A stretch of DNA of 64,000 nt from Piromyces finnis finn (Eukaryota; Fungi; Neocallimastigomycota), in the NCBI GenBank assembly GCA_002104945.1, contig MCFH01000004.1:62001-126000 (forward strand). Reading direction: 5' to 3'. Positions 49,382-62,800 of this stretch are shown piece after piece (the first letter of the stretch is position 1; every line of letters starts with the position of its first letter). A program made the position numbers and the translations under genes. The notes beneath the pieces were generated by a model that made no database searches, had not been told where the DNA came from, and worked only from the letters and a program-made list of their open reading frames with translations.

Positions 49382-50720
49382 GTATCTAATGATAAATACT
49401 AAAAATTAAAAAACAAATAAATCTAGGTATAATCTATCTATGCATGTATTTTTTAACATAAAGAAATTTCTTTTCTTTTTTTTTTTTTTTTTTTTTTAAA
49501 ATTTGAGTAATATTTCATTATAATATTATAATCTTTTTTATTGTATTATATTTTTGATAATAATATACAAAATCAATTTTTTATTAATATTAAAATTGAA
49601 ATTGTGGATTTTTTTATTTTTAAAATAAAGTTTTATTATTTAACGATAAATCAAATAGAAAAAAAATACCAAGAATTACAGGTTAAAATATATTTATTTC
49701 CAATTTTATTATTTTGCCTATAGTTAAATCATGTGTATAAATAAAATTTCATTTATATATGTACCAAGAACATAAATAATATTAATAAATATGTACTTTT
49801 TAATATAAAGAAATTAAATATCATTTTTTATCTTATCTCACGTTTTTTCAATTTTGATAAAAATTTAATTTATCATAAATGGAAGCATAAAACATTATTA
49901 TTTGTTACAGATAAAACGACAAAAAAATAAAAAATGATAAATAAAATAAATGAATAAATAACTATAAAATATATAAATCTATTAGTTTTTTTAAATAAAT
50001 TAATAAATAAATAATTAAATAAATTACTCTTTTTCTATCATAATTTTTTTATTTATTCCCACAAAGAATTTTTTTAAGCCAAAAAGATTGGTAAAATTTC
50101 AATTTTTTATAGATAAGATGTCCTAATGAAATTTTAAAATATAATCAATTTTTATTTTTTTTCTTTTTCTTTATAGTGTACTTTTTTATTAGTAGAATTA
50201 AGAAAAAAAAAAAATCGATTTTTTTATCAATTTTATTTAAAAGAAATATTAAAAAAAAAAAAAAAAGAAAAATAATCAATGACTTTTATTTATTTTTTAA
50301 TAATAGTAATTAACATATATAATAAATTTTTTATGTAGAAGCATTCAACCTTTTTCATTATTTTACTACGGTTTATAACAGTGATATTATAAATCATTTA
50401 CAATCTTATAATATTATTATTAATATTTAAATACTTTATTTTAAAATCATTTTTTATTAATATTTAATATTTAAAATTTAATATATTACATTATATAATA
50501 GTATATATAATTTTTAATTAAATAATATAAATGTTATCAGAAAAATTTATTGAATTTAATAATTTTGATAGAAAAATTAAAATTTAATATATAATTCAAT
50601 ATTGAAATATACATATTAAAATATACTATAATATATAATCATAATAAATTTTTATATTGTGTACAAATTTTTAACCTAAAAAATATTAATTAAAATTTTA
50701 AAATAATTTGTTGGTCCGAG

Positions 50721-50728
50721 TATAAATA
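50721..50728 (+). promoter_or_regulatory. Candidate TATA box of GDH gene
   Basis: TATAAATA preceded by GC-rich GGTCCGAG, about 75 bp upstream of the ATG; weak in AT-rich DNA. Confidence 0.3.
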
Positions 50729-50801
50729 TGAAGAAATTTGCCAGTTTGAGGGATTTTACTTCACTAACAAATAATTATTTATTTTAGTATAGTAAAACAA
50801 C

Positions 50802-52241
50802 ATGTCTGATATTGAATTCACTCACGGTATCGAACCAGAATTCGAACAAGCTCGTGACGAAATCGTCAAGTCTTTAACTGAATCCACTGTTTTCGAAAAG
50901 AACCCAGAACTCAAGAGATGTCTTCCAGTTATTGTTGAACCAGAAAGAGTCATCCAATTCCGTGTTACTTGGGAAGATGATGAAGGTAACACCAGAATCA
51001 ACAAGGGTTACCGTGTCCAATTCAACTCTGCTATTGGTCCATACAAGGGTGGTTTAAGATTCCATCCATCTGTTAACCTTTCCATCCTTAAGTTCTTAGG
51101 TTTTGAACAAATCTTCAAGAACGCTTTAACCGGTCTCCCAATCGGTGGTGGTAAGGGTGGTTCCAACTTCGACCCACACGACAAGTCTGACAATGAAATC
51201 AGAAGATTCTGTCAAGCTTTCATGACTGAACTCCACCGTCACATTGGTGCTGATATTGATGTTCCAGCTGGTGATATTGGTGTTGGTGGTCGTGAAATTG
51301 GTTTCTTATACGGTGCCTACAAGCGTCTTCAACAAAAGCGTGACTTTGGTGTCCTCACTGGTAAGGATACTCGTTACGGTCTTAACGGTTCTTTCATCCG
51401 TCCAGAAGCTACTGGTTACGGTTTAATTTACTTCGTCTTAAACATGCTCACTTACATGGGTCAAGACATTAAGGGTAAGTACTGTGCTGTCTCTGGTTCC
51501 GGTAATGTTGCCCAATTCGCCGCTAAGAAGTTAATCGATCTTGGTGCTATTGTTATGTCCTTATCTGACTCTCGTGGTGCCCTTATTGTTAAGGATGCTG
51601 CCAAGCCATTCACTCACGCTGATATCGACTTCATTGCCGATCTTAAGGTCAGAAAGGGTTCCCTTGAAGAAATCAAGGACGACCGTTTCACTTGGTTACC
51701 AGGTCAAAGACCATGGAAGAACCTTCCAAAGGTTGACATTGCTCTTCCATGTGCTACTCAAAACGAAAATGATGCTGATGATGTTGAAGCTTTAGTTAAG
51801 GCCGGATGTTTCCTTATTGCTGAAGGTTCCAACATGGGTTCCACTGATGCTGCTGTCCAAAAGATGGAAGCTCTCCGTGTTGCCTACAACGAATCTGTTA
51901 AGGCTGGTAAGCCAACTGGTCAATTCTGGTACGCTCCAGGTAAGGCCTCCAATGCTGGTGGTGTTGCCGTTTCTGCTCTCGAAATGGCCCAAAACTCTCA
52001 ACGTATGACCTGGACTCCAGCTCGTGTTGACGAAGAATTAAACAACATCATGACCAACATCTTCAACGAATCTGTTGACAACTCTGCCACTTACACTCGT
52101 GAAGTTCTTGGTGAAGTTAAGGCTTCTGCTAACAAGGCTGATGCTGCTGTTTCCGCTCTTCCATCTCTTGTCCAAGGTGCCAACATTACTGGTTTCATTA
52201 AGGTTGCCAACGCCATGAAGGTCCACGGTGACTGGTGGTAA
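50802..52241 (+). CDS. GDH1: NADP-specific glutamate dehydrogenase
   Basis: GPYKGGLRFHPSVN, GGGKGG, DVPAGDIG, RPEATGYG, GSGNVA, PGKASNAGGV; fungal-type GDWW end; strong codon bias. Confidence 0.97.
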   Translation: MSDIEFTHGIEPEFEQARDEIVKSLTESTVFEKNPELKRCLPVIVEPERVIQFRVTWEDDEGNTRINKGYRVQFNSAIGPYKGGLRFHPSVNLSILKFLGFEQIFKNALTGLPIGGGKGGSNFDPHDKSDNEIRRFCQAFMTELHRHIGADIDVPAGDIGVGGREIGFLYGAYKRLQQKRDFGVLTGKDTRYGLNGSFIRPEATGYGLIYFVLNMLTYMGQDIKGKYCAVSGSGNVAQFAAKKLIDLGAIVMSLSDSRGALIVKDAAKPFTHADIDFIADLKVRKGSLEEIKDDRFTWLPGQRPWKNLPKVDIALPCATQNENDADDVEALVKAGCFLIAEGSNMGSTDAAVQKMEALRVAYNESVKAGKPTGQFWYAPGKASNAGGVAVSALEMAQNSQRMTWTPARVDEELNNIMTNIFNESVDNSATYTREVLGEVKASANKADAAVSALPSLVQGANITGFIKVANAMKVHGDWW

Positions 52242-52779
52242 ATTAATTCACCCCATAACTAAATTATGGAAACCAATAGTTCCTTTTAAATAAAGGAAAA
52301 AAGAAACATTAATAACTAAATTTTATCACTACAAGAAATACTAAAATAAATAAATATTAAAATAAAACATTTACTACTATCCTATTTGTTTTAAGGGGAA
52401 AATAATGAATTTCTTATAGCGAATAAACGTAATCCTCAAAAAATACCAAAAAAAAAATGTATAATAAATAATCATAATTTAATAATAAATAATAAAATAT
52501 CTATTTAGATGTAATAATAATTTAGATTTAAACTATTAAAGCTATAAAATAAAATTGCAAATAAAAATTTTTATAAAATTAACAAAAATGTTGTCTTTTA
52601 TTTTGTGTGTTTTTAAAATTAAAAATTATAATAAATATTTGTCGTTTAGTCAGAATTCATTTAGATATTGTTAAAACTTGAATATATATATATATTCTAG
52701 TGTGTACACTAAAATATTTATATTCCTTCTTGGGGGAAGAAGTTTTAATAATATCAATTACTATTCAAGGGAATGGAAA

Positions 52780-53300
52780 GAACTTTGAAAGTGTCAGATT
52801 TAATCGGGCACTTACGAAGGAATACCATTCTTGACGATGACAGTGGAATTTCTAATCAAAATCATGCCTTTTGTTATTGGCCAGTAATGGTCAGTGTTCA
52901 AAAGGTTTGACTCGATGTCCCATTGGAAGAAGTTAAATACATTTATTATTAGAATACATTATATCCAATTTTTATTCATTTGTGTTTATTTAAACATTTT
53001 TTTTTTAATTTTATTTTTTATAACATGATAACATGCATTATAATTTTAATTAAAGCAACAATAAAGTTTAAAAATATTTGATGTTGTTAAAAAACCCTCT
53101 TGGGTACGTGCCTTCATTTATTTAATAAATGTAGTTTCTCAAGGGGGTCTACTCATGCTGAGAGAGTAGAAAGAATTAAATCCAAGTATTGCGCAATGGA
53201 TGCTTGGTTAGTCTTTATTTGGAAATATTATTAGGACTAAGCTCATGGTACTGAGCGAACAGAGTCGATAATTTGAGTGTTAGTTGTTATATCATATATC
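52780..53300 (+). mobile_element. Possible degenerate LINE 3' fragment
   Basis: LLASNGQCSKGLTRCPIGRS*IHLLLEY resembles the ASN..CP..H.ILEC knuckle of the adjacent LINE; GC-richer than flanks. Confidence 0.3.
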
Positions 53301-54488
53301 CCTTACACCTTCAACTTATTTTAGATAGTAGTTGCTTTAACAACCTTTATAACATATTATTTTAAACTTAAAATTGTTTGATTCGGTAGTATTAAATACT
53401 GATTTTGAATATTTCTTGATTTCATTTTTTATTTTAGCTTTCATCGATAATTTGTTATCCCAGTTTACTACTTATTCTCTTTGTTCTTTTATTCCTTTTT
53501 TATTCTTTATATGTTGATTAGTCAGATAGTTTTGTTTTTTCAGTTAGTTTGTTATTCCTTTCATTTATTCTTGAGTTTCGTGTGGGGTGCGGCTTTCATT
53601 ACTATAATCATATTTAATCTTTTATTTTTTTTTTCTATTTTTATTATTTTCGAGGGGCGCGGCTTTTTTATTTTTCCTTTATGATTTTATATGATTCTAG
53701 TAATATCTTTTTTTATTTCTTATTTTTTGTAACTCTAGATTTTCCAAGGAATCTCTTTTCTACTAACATTCCTTTGTATACTTTTTCTATCTCTTTTCTA
53801 TATATATATATATTTCTTATACTTTATATTATATGTATATTTATATATTTGTATAACTTAATTAGGTTTATTATGGACTATTATGGTAAGTATTAACACC
53901 TTTTTTTTAACACTTTTATTATCAAAGCTTCTATCCTGGAAAATCGAGTATTCTATTTTTATATTGTAAATACTACTCTTGTTTCAATTTTATCTTTAAA
54001 AAAAAAAAAAATTTTTATTATGTTTACCCAAAATTCTTCAACTTTTTTCCATTATTTTTGATATAACAACTTTTCACTCTTATTATCTCTCTACCTTACA
54101 ACATAAACAACCTAAATGAATGTTCAATTTCAACAATCAGAATCAACACAATACAATAATCATCCAATAAATTATACAATTCTTATAAATATAAAGAGCT
54201 TTCAAAATACAGTTATAATACAGAAATCCAAAGTGATAGATATTCAAAATTTATTTTCCCGTTTAAAGTCTTCAGTAGAGTTAGAACTAAGTTTGTCAAC
54301 AACTTAGCCACTTTTCCAGTTATAAAATTTAAAATATTGTTTGACAAATAATCCACTAGCTATATAATATATCCGTCTTTACTATTATTATTTTTATTTT
54401 ACAATATATTTTATTCATTATCTTATTTATATCATTATATCAATACTTCAAATTATTAATATCTATTGTCATAAGAAGTTCTTTCAAA

Positions 54489-57400
54489 ATGAACAATACC
54501 AATTGTACTGTACCTACCTTATGACGTGGTCTTCGTTTCTTCGGATCTAACTCCAATAAATCATATCTAATTTTTATCCATGATCTTAGTTCATGGTCCA
54601 AACAACGACTAATGGAATTTCTTTTAAAGGACATTCAACCTTTCAATGATATTCTTCAATCCCTCACCAAAAAATATTCACAATCACTCGGTACCTATTT
54701 CATTCTAAAAGTCAATGGAAAATGCCCGCTTAAAGCCATGTTACTTATTCATTCACTTTCTAAAAAACTCCCAATCTCTAGTAAAATATCTTGGAAATTC
54801 ATTGATAAGCTCAAAAACAATAGATCATACAAAAACAAACGATCCATCAAATCCACTACTGGTTAAGATAATTTCTATTTTAGTTACTTAAGTTCTAATG
54901 CTTCCTTTTTCAACTTATGTACTTGTTGGAACATCAATGGTTGGAACCCTGAGAAAAAGGACGGTGTTTTATACTTCATCTCTGTTTTCAAACCTGTATG
55001 TGTCTGTCTTCAAGAGGTAGGTAACAGCCAATTCCTCTGTGGTAATGCAATTTCCTCCCCATGCCTACCGAACTATAAACCAGTACACAGACGTGCTAAT
55101 CCTAAAGTTCCAGGTATGAGAGGGCTTTACATTGGTGTTCATAACTCTTGTTCCTTTACTCCTGAACCTCTTCTATATAAGTACATCATTTCAGTTACAA
55201 TATTGTCATTTTGGAACCAGAGATGTACCATCGGTAATATTTACTTCCCGCAAACTAGATGGCCGGATGCTAGATTAATTGCCTTTGATGAACTTGATAA
55301 GTGGTTAACAACGCATAACAAATTCAACCACCCAGCTATCCTTGTAGGAGACTTTAATATGCCAGCTATTAAAATCAAATCTTATATATCACAACACTTC
55401 CCGGATTGGACTATGGCTGAGTTAACTGGTAATAATTTTACCTGGGAAAAAGGATCTAAATCTTCATGCATTGATCATATTATATACAACAAAGCTATGA
55501 CAGAACACATAAACAAATCTTCAGTTTGTGAAGTTTTCCACGATGTTTCTGATCACAAACCGATCCTTGTGTCTTGTAAAAAAGACTCTTCGGATGGTTT
55601 CAAAAAGCCTAAGAAGACCTTTAAGTGGTCAAGTCATATCTGTAACACAAAGTGTTCTGACATTCTTACTAGTAATCGCTTTGCTGTTCTAGCTTCCGAG
55701 CTTGAAGCTAATTGCAATAGCCTTTCGGCTGACGATATGGTTTCAAGATTTTTAGATACTTCCAAAACTATAGGTAAAGAAATAAAAGCCATTGTGCCTG
55801 CAGATTTAAAAGGTCCAGCATTCCATTGCCCTCAATACATCAAAAACTTATCACATGAAAAACACCTGGCTTACAAAAATATTAAGCCCCTTTCAGATTG
55901 CGCTGACATGGAAAATTATCTTAACCAGTTCTCCATATACCAAAATCTATGTAATACCATCAAAAAGGTTAAGAGCAAATTCAGATCCAATCTCTATAAA
56001 GCTAATATTGTTTCTATCGGTAAACATTTTATTGATAAAAGCTTTAGACAAGGTTGGAAAGGCCTTAAAAAACTTGCCAAACCAAGTTATTCGTCCTCCC
56101 ATGTTTCAACTATTAAGGACAAGAATGGCAAGGATTTATTTACTCCTCAAGAACAATTAAAACGTTGGGCTGAACATTATGAAAATCTTGCATCTGATGT
56201 TACAAATCACAGCTTAAATCGTGGTTACTGGGAAAGAGCCTTCCAATTCAACCATATCAATCAAATAGCATGGGATATAAATGGTCCCATTTCTATTGAG
56301 GAAATTAGAAATGTTGTTCTGTCAATGAAGAATAACAAGGCTCCAGGTCCCGATGGTATCCCAATTGAATTTTTCAAAGCTTTCTTTTGTAACGAAGAAC
56401 TGGAGAAAGAACATAAGTCTGCTGGAAATTGTCTTAAATTAATTTTTAATAAAATCTGGAATGGTTCCTTTCCTTTGAAATGGAACTCTGCTTCCATTGT
56501 TTCTATTCCAAAGAAAGGCGATCTTTCAGACTGTAATAATTATCGTGGTATTTCTCTCATCAATGTAGGTCTTAAAATTATTTCAAAAATTGTAACTAAT
56601 AGAATTTCCAAGTATGCTCTTTCTCATAATTTTATAAGACCTGAGCAATTTGGTTTTCGCAATAAAGAAGAATGTATTAGCTTATTTATTTCCATTAGAG
56701 AAATCTGTCAAAGAAGAAAATTTAAAGGAAAAGCCACTTATGTCGCCTTTCTAGACCTTAAAAAAGCATACGACTCAGTTCCTATTTTTAATATCCTTAC
56801 AAAGTTATATAAATTAGGTATACGTGGTAAATGTTTTGATTTTCTCAATAATCTCTACTCTACCTCTAAAGCTCGTGCACGTTTTTTGGATATGCTTTCC
56901 AATGAATTCCCTATAAACCGTGGTGTAAGACAAGGATGTCCTCTTTCTCCTATACTGTTTAACCTCTTTATCAATGATATTTTAAATAAATGTGAAAGGC
57001 TTGGAGTTAGCTTAGGTAATAAACGTTGATGTGGTGGCCTTTTCGCTGATGACATTGTTTTGATTGCTCCTAGTAAGAAGAACCTTCAAAAGATGCTCAA
57101 TCTAGTCCTTGATTGGGCTAATTTAAATGAAATGTCTTTTGGAATAAATAAATGTGCAACTATTGTTATTAAACCTATCAACTTTAATAGATCCCCTAGT
57201 TATGTCGACCCAACATTTTACATCGGTATGTACTCGATTCCAAAGGTTTCTTGCTATACTTATCTTGGAATCCCATTCGACGAAGATCTTTCTTTGACTC
57301 CTATTCTGTCTAATATGTACAAAAAAGTTCAGAAATCTTTATTCTCTTTTAAGAACTTCCTCACCAACAATTGTGTTCCTATTGGCTTAAAAAACATAGT

Positions 57401-58781
57401 AATTCATTCTTATATTTTAAGCAAAGTCTCTTATTATGCTCCTTTGCTTGGTTCCAACAAAAATAGAACTAGAAGAGTCCAATCTCTTATCAATACTGCT
57501 GTTTTATGGAGTGTCAATAGCTTTCACAATAAAAGTTTTAATAACAAAGATTTTGTTTTTGAACGAAATTCATTTATTAGTCTGTATGCTCTTACAAGAG
57601 ATATGAAGATCCCTACCCTTTCAGGTATTTGTGCTGCGCAACAAGTGAAATGCTTTGTTAAATGGAGAAAATCAAATTGTATAATTAAAGATCTCGTCCG
57701 ATCTATTCCTCCCATGTCTCATTACTCTTGGGCCAAAGAATCTTGTTCGCTACATAAGAAGCTTATGAAAATAAATATTAAAAGTACTAAAGATATTAGA
57801 GAATATTATTGGAATAATAGTAGCCTAAATAATGGAAGTAAAGCCCTCAGATATACTAACAACAAATTCCTTAATTCAAATCGCCTAATGCATATCGGTC
57901 TCAACAAACCTCACTTAAATTTAGGAATTACCTGGATTATTCGTATTCGATGCGGTTATGAAAATACTACCCGAATTGCTATTGCCAGTAATAGAGTTAC
58001 ACCTGACTGCCCTCGTGTCTGTCCATGTTGCGGATATGACGAACAATCTTTTTACCATTGGATATTAGAATGTTCTGCATTCTCTGAATACAGAGCTTCT
58101 TCACTTAGCTTTCTTGACGATCTTTTTACCCTTTTTTACAATAAATATAAGAATCAATTCATCACATACTTACTCCCCGAAACGGAAGTAAGAAAAACAA
58201 TTTATAACTATATTTTTACGTTCCTTCTTGGTGGAACTTTAGCTTATGATGAGCTACAAATCGATAAGGCGGAACAAAGACATTTGAATGAACAGCTTTA
58301 CAGTTCATCGGGGTCTCATGTTCCATATGTAGAGGGTCTCGCGGCTTTTCTTACTAAAACAATCCCTATCATTAGTAGCTCTATGAAGCTACTTTTTGAT
58401 AGGTTTAGTAAGACACCTAACGTAATCAAGAGCGCCGACGTCGTACCGATATGGCAAAGGAACATTTCCAATGTTCCGTACACAGGGTTCAATGTTAGTA
58501 TTTCCTCAAATTCGAATGAAAACATTATGAACTCATGGGAGAGTTTAGTGGACACCACACTATCATACCTGATGTTACTTCTTTTTTTTATTTCATTTAA
58601 TTTATTAGGTAGGGACCAATCCCACACAGTACAAATTGCAGAGTTCATTGAACTTTTATGCAACTTAAATAATTATTTTATATTATTTTATATTTATATT
58701 TTTATTTATATATATTTTATTATTTTTATTTATTATTTATTATATCAATATCAATATGTATTATCACCTAATGTTATGTAA
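54489..58781 (+). mobile_element. Non-LTR retrotransposon (LINE): APE endonuclease + RT + C-terminal Cys/His knuckle, with in-frame stops
   Basis: WNING and LQE, VGDFN, IDH, SDHKP endonuclease motifs; KAPGPDG, YRGISL, QFGFR, DLKKAYD, GVRQGCPLSP, FADD RT motifs; CPCC..H..LEC; stops at 54522, 54864, 57027. Confidence 0.95.
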
Positions 58782-59397
58782 TATCTCAAATTAAATAAAT
58801 AAATAAAAGATGTGTATTCTCTTCCTAGTCTAAAAAAAATGTTGTTAAAAAAAAAATTATTTAAATCTTTTAAATAATCCTATTATATTATTTTATTTGT
58901 TGATAAATGTAAATAATTATTATTCTTTTAATTATAATACTTTTAATTAACTAATTATAAATAAAGATTAATGGTGTAACAAAAACATTATATAAATTAT
59001 ATGCTTCGTTTTTTCTATCTTAATTTTAAAGGTATTGAAATTGTTATTAATAATTTCCGTTATTTTATAATTTTCTATTTGCTTCATCCAAAAATAAAAA
59101 TTTATTTTTTGGTACATTTGATAATGTATCAATTATTTGTGTTACCAAAAAAAAATTATAATATATATTAAAGTAGTAAAATTTTAAATGTTCTTGTATA
59201 TTTTATAATATTTTATAATATATAAATAAAGATTTTAAAATATTTGTCAAAAAAAATATAACTAATGATTTCAAAAATATTTATCAACATTTAAAAAAGA
59301 AAGAAAAAAAGGTTATAAAATAAAATTGTTAATTTTGAAAATATGATTTTAGGTGAATTATAATTATCAATGTATGCCTTAATTTTAAAGCAAGAAA

Positions 59398-59480
59398 GCC
59401 GGGATGGCCGAGTTGGTCTAAGGCGGCGCACTCAAGATGCGTTTTCGAAAGAAGCGCGAGTTCGAATCTCGCTTCCGGCA
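59398..59480 (+). tRNA. tRNA-Leu(CAA), intronless, long variable arm
   Basis: Acceptor GCCGGGA/TTCCGGC, D arm, anticodon arm GCGCA-CTCAAGA-TGCGT, T loop TTCGAAT. Confidence 0.95.
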
Positions 59481-59828
59481 CTTGTATTTTAAATAATTTT
59501 GAAATTTTTTTTTTTAAAGCCTTTACTTATAATAATTAATATTAAATTTTTAAAATATAGTACATATTTATTTATTTATTATTATTATTATTCATTTAAA
59601 AGAGTGAATCTACTTTGATATCAAATTTTTATTTTATATAAATTTATTATTAGTTATTTATAAATTTCTTAATAGGTTTTATATGTTATTAGAATATGAA
59701 GCAAGAAAAAAAAAATATATATATATATAAAAATTTAATAAAAAATCGAAAAAAAATATACTTAAGTATATAAAACATATAAAACATTAAAGGAATTACT
59801 ACTGTTATTATTTTAAATTCATTTTTGA

Positions 59829-62800
59829 TTAATTAAATGGATTAAAAAGATTATTAATATTATCTGGTGGTGGTACTGTTTCACCAGTTTCTTCCGCGGT
59901 ACTAATATCCATATTATCTAAAAGTTGTTTCATGGAATCAGTTTCTTCATCATCACCATCATCTTCAGCATTACTAAAGGTATAAGCAATATCTTGACGT
60001 GAATTTTTACGAACCACAGTTGGTGGTGATAAAGTTTGATTATCTACTGGTGATGTTTGAGGTTTAAGTTTAGCTTTACTGGTTGTTATTTTGGAATTTT
60101 TACTATTGTTTGGCTGTACTCTCTTTTTAGCCCATTTTACACCTTCATTCCATATTAATTCTAGAATTTCGGTTTTGACTCCCTCAACGTTAGCTGCTAA
60201 ATTCATATTAAGATTTATTGTATTTTCAAAGTCACTAAAGTATTGTTCTAAGAATGCATTACTCATGATTAGAGCTCTGAAGGTACTTAATGGAATTTTT
60301 ATTAAATCTTCAGAGGAATTATTATTTATATTGGATGATGTTTCCATGTTTGATTCGTCATTTTCATTAGTGGCTTCATCTGACGCTTTTTTATTAGATT
60401 CTTGTGATGATGCTTTTTCATTATCCTCTTTTTTATTAATGTCACTTTCACTATTATCATCTTTTTTACTTTCAGTATTTTCTTCTTTATTTTCTGAATC
60501 GTTTTTTTTCTTTTCTTCATCTGTTGTTATTGTGATAGTTTCTTTTTTATTATTTTCATTATTAGTTTCTATATCAATTATTTTTGGTTCTTTTATTTTT
60601 TCTTCTTCTTTTAATTCATCAGCAAGTTCAAAGGCTTCCTTCATTAAATCAGATACTGCACTCAAATGTTGATCTCCTTCCATTTTACGACAAAGGAAAA
60701 GTAAACTTTCACCGACTAGAATAATATCTTCACGAGAAAGATATCCTTTATGTTGAGTATCGTGAACATGGAATAACATATCAATATGACTGAGAAGACC
60801 GCCAAATTTAATCTCACCAATTCCATCAACAATATCTTGGAATTCAAGATAACCACGATGTTCTTTATCGAAAAATTCAAAAAGACTTTTTAAGAAGTTA
60901 AATCCAACCAAGGCATTTCGATCTAATCTAGTGCTTTTTGGTGAAGATGCATTACTACTAGATGTTGAATTAACTAATACTTCATTTTTAGAATTATTAG
61001 AAATAGTAGAAAGTTCTGAAATGTTAGAATTATCTGTATTATTTATAGTAGTTTCAGATGGTTCAGCCATAAAAAGTATACCTGATTTTATAGTATCTTT
61101 TTTCTTTTTCTCTTCGAGTTTTCTTTTTTCATGCTCTTGTTGCATCTCATATTTTTTAAGTTCTTTTTTATTATGACCCCAAGAGGTAATTTGAGAAATA
61201 AATACTTGGAAATTTAAGAGATCCATTTTTTCATTACCAGTAGTTTGAGACTCATCACGACCGTAAAAGAGTGAAGTATAAAATTGATCATAAAGTTTTG
61301 AAAGATCGTCATTACTGAAAAGATGTGTATTTTTAAGATCGCGAATATCTGAACGTTTTTTATACAACTGAATACTATGAACAACACGGAATTGATGTGA
61401 TTTTCTCATTTTTAAAATTAAATCGTAGGTGACACTTTTGTAATCCCTAAGAGAACTTAATAATAAAGCATTAAATTTCATTAACAAAATATTATTGTTA
61501 AGGTTCTTTGTCATAACTTGTTCTTCTGCTGTTGCAAAATAATCTTTAAAGATGTTCATTACTTCACCATCATCCTTGGCTTTTAATAATTTATCTGCAT
61601 TTGCCTTTAGAATACCAAGACCTAATTGGAAGAGAACTGGTGGACCTTGTAAGAAGAAACAATCTAAAACACGGAAAGTTAAAGATAATGGGAAGGAGTT
61701 AATGAAAAGAGAAAGGAACCATGGTAAACATACGATAGAGAGTTGAATATCATATTTTTTAAAATGTTCACTAATAGAAGGCATGTATTTTAATACCAAA
61801 GATTCAAATACTTGATTATCAATAATAACCCCTACCATATTAACACTATAATAACCAGGTAATAGGCGATCACATAAAACCGTTAGAAGCCAAAAAACTT
61901 GTTCTTCTGTCATAAAAATTAATAACACACTAGCAACAATATTCATGGCTTGACAATAACCTAATTCTGGATTATGGAAAGAATAGGCATATAATACTCT
62001 TCTCAAGGAATTAATACCTTCTTCAGTTTGATAAGCTTTATATTCTGGAAGACTACGATTAAGATCTTTCTCAATTTCTTCAGTAGATAGTGAAACATGA
62101 CCTGCATATTTTTCTAATATTTTTTCGTAATAACCTTGATTTAAAAATCTTAAATAAATTGATCCAGAACAAATTTCCCAAAGTTCACCTCTTAATACAT
62201 TAGGTAAACCAATTCTTACTAATTTTGTAAAGGTTGGAGTTCTTAAAATAGTTAAATTTCTACCATATTCTATTTTAGTATATTATACATAGTATATATT
62301 TATCATTAAGATATTGTTAAGATATATTATTATTATAGTAATTAACCATATCCTATAATAAAAAAGGAATTATTAGAATTATTACCTGAAAAATATTGTA
62401 ACCAATATTTAGTTTTAGCTTTTTCATTTGTTCTAGAAATAATAAAGTATATAAAAGATTTTTATTTAATTACTCTATTATCAAATTTTAATATAGTAAT
62501 TACTTAATATAATAATTACTTTATATTTCTTTTGATATATTATAAATTATCATTTATTATTATTATTATTATTATTATTTTAAATAATTACTTTTTGCTT
62601 TTGATATAACCATATTTTTCTCCTAAGCATTTCTTGGAAATAACATTACTTATCAAGAGTTCTTCAGATGATAAATTAGAAATAAAATTTTTAGAAATGG
62701 ACATTTTTGAAATATTTCCTTTTAATTGATCTTTCAAGGTACTACAAACCAAATTAACTTGTTGTCTTACACTAAATAATTCAAAAGTTAATTTTATTTT

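Noticed and set aside
49820-50200. Several GATA(A) sites upstream of GDH as possible AreA/Gln3 elements
   Set aside because: GATAA is too frequent at this base composition to be informative
50802-52241. GC-rich intronless GDH as a horizontal transfer or contaminant
   Set aside because: Codon bias fits a highly expressed host gene and the LPSLVQGANI..GDWW ending is fungal type
57027-57029. TGA before the RT catalytic motif as selenocysteine or an alternative genetic code
   Set aside because: TGA acts as a stop elsewhere in the window (16381, 19143) and no SECIS-like element was seen; nonsense mutation is simpler
58781-59480. LINE targeted upstream of tRNA-Leu, as for Dictyostelium TRE elements
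   Set aside because: Distance of over 600 bp and a single instance; no evidence of fixed spacing
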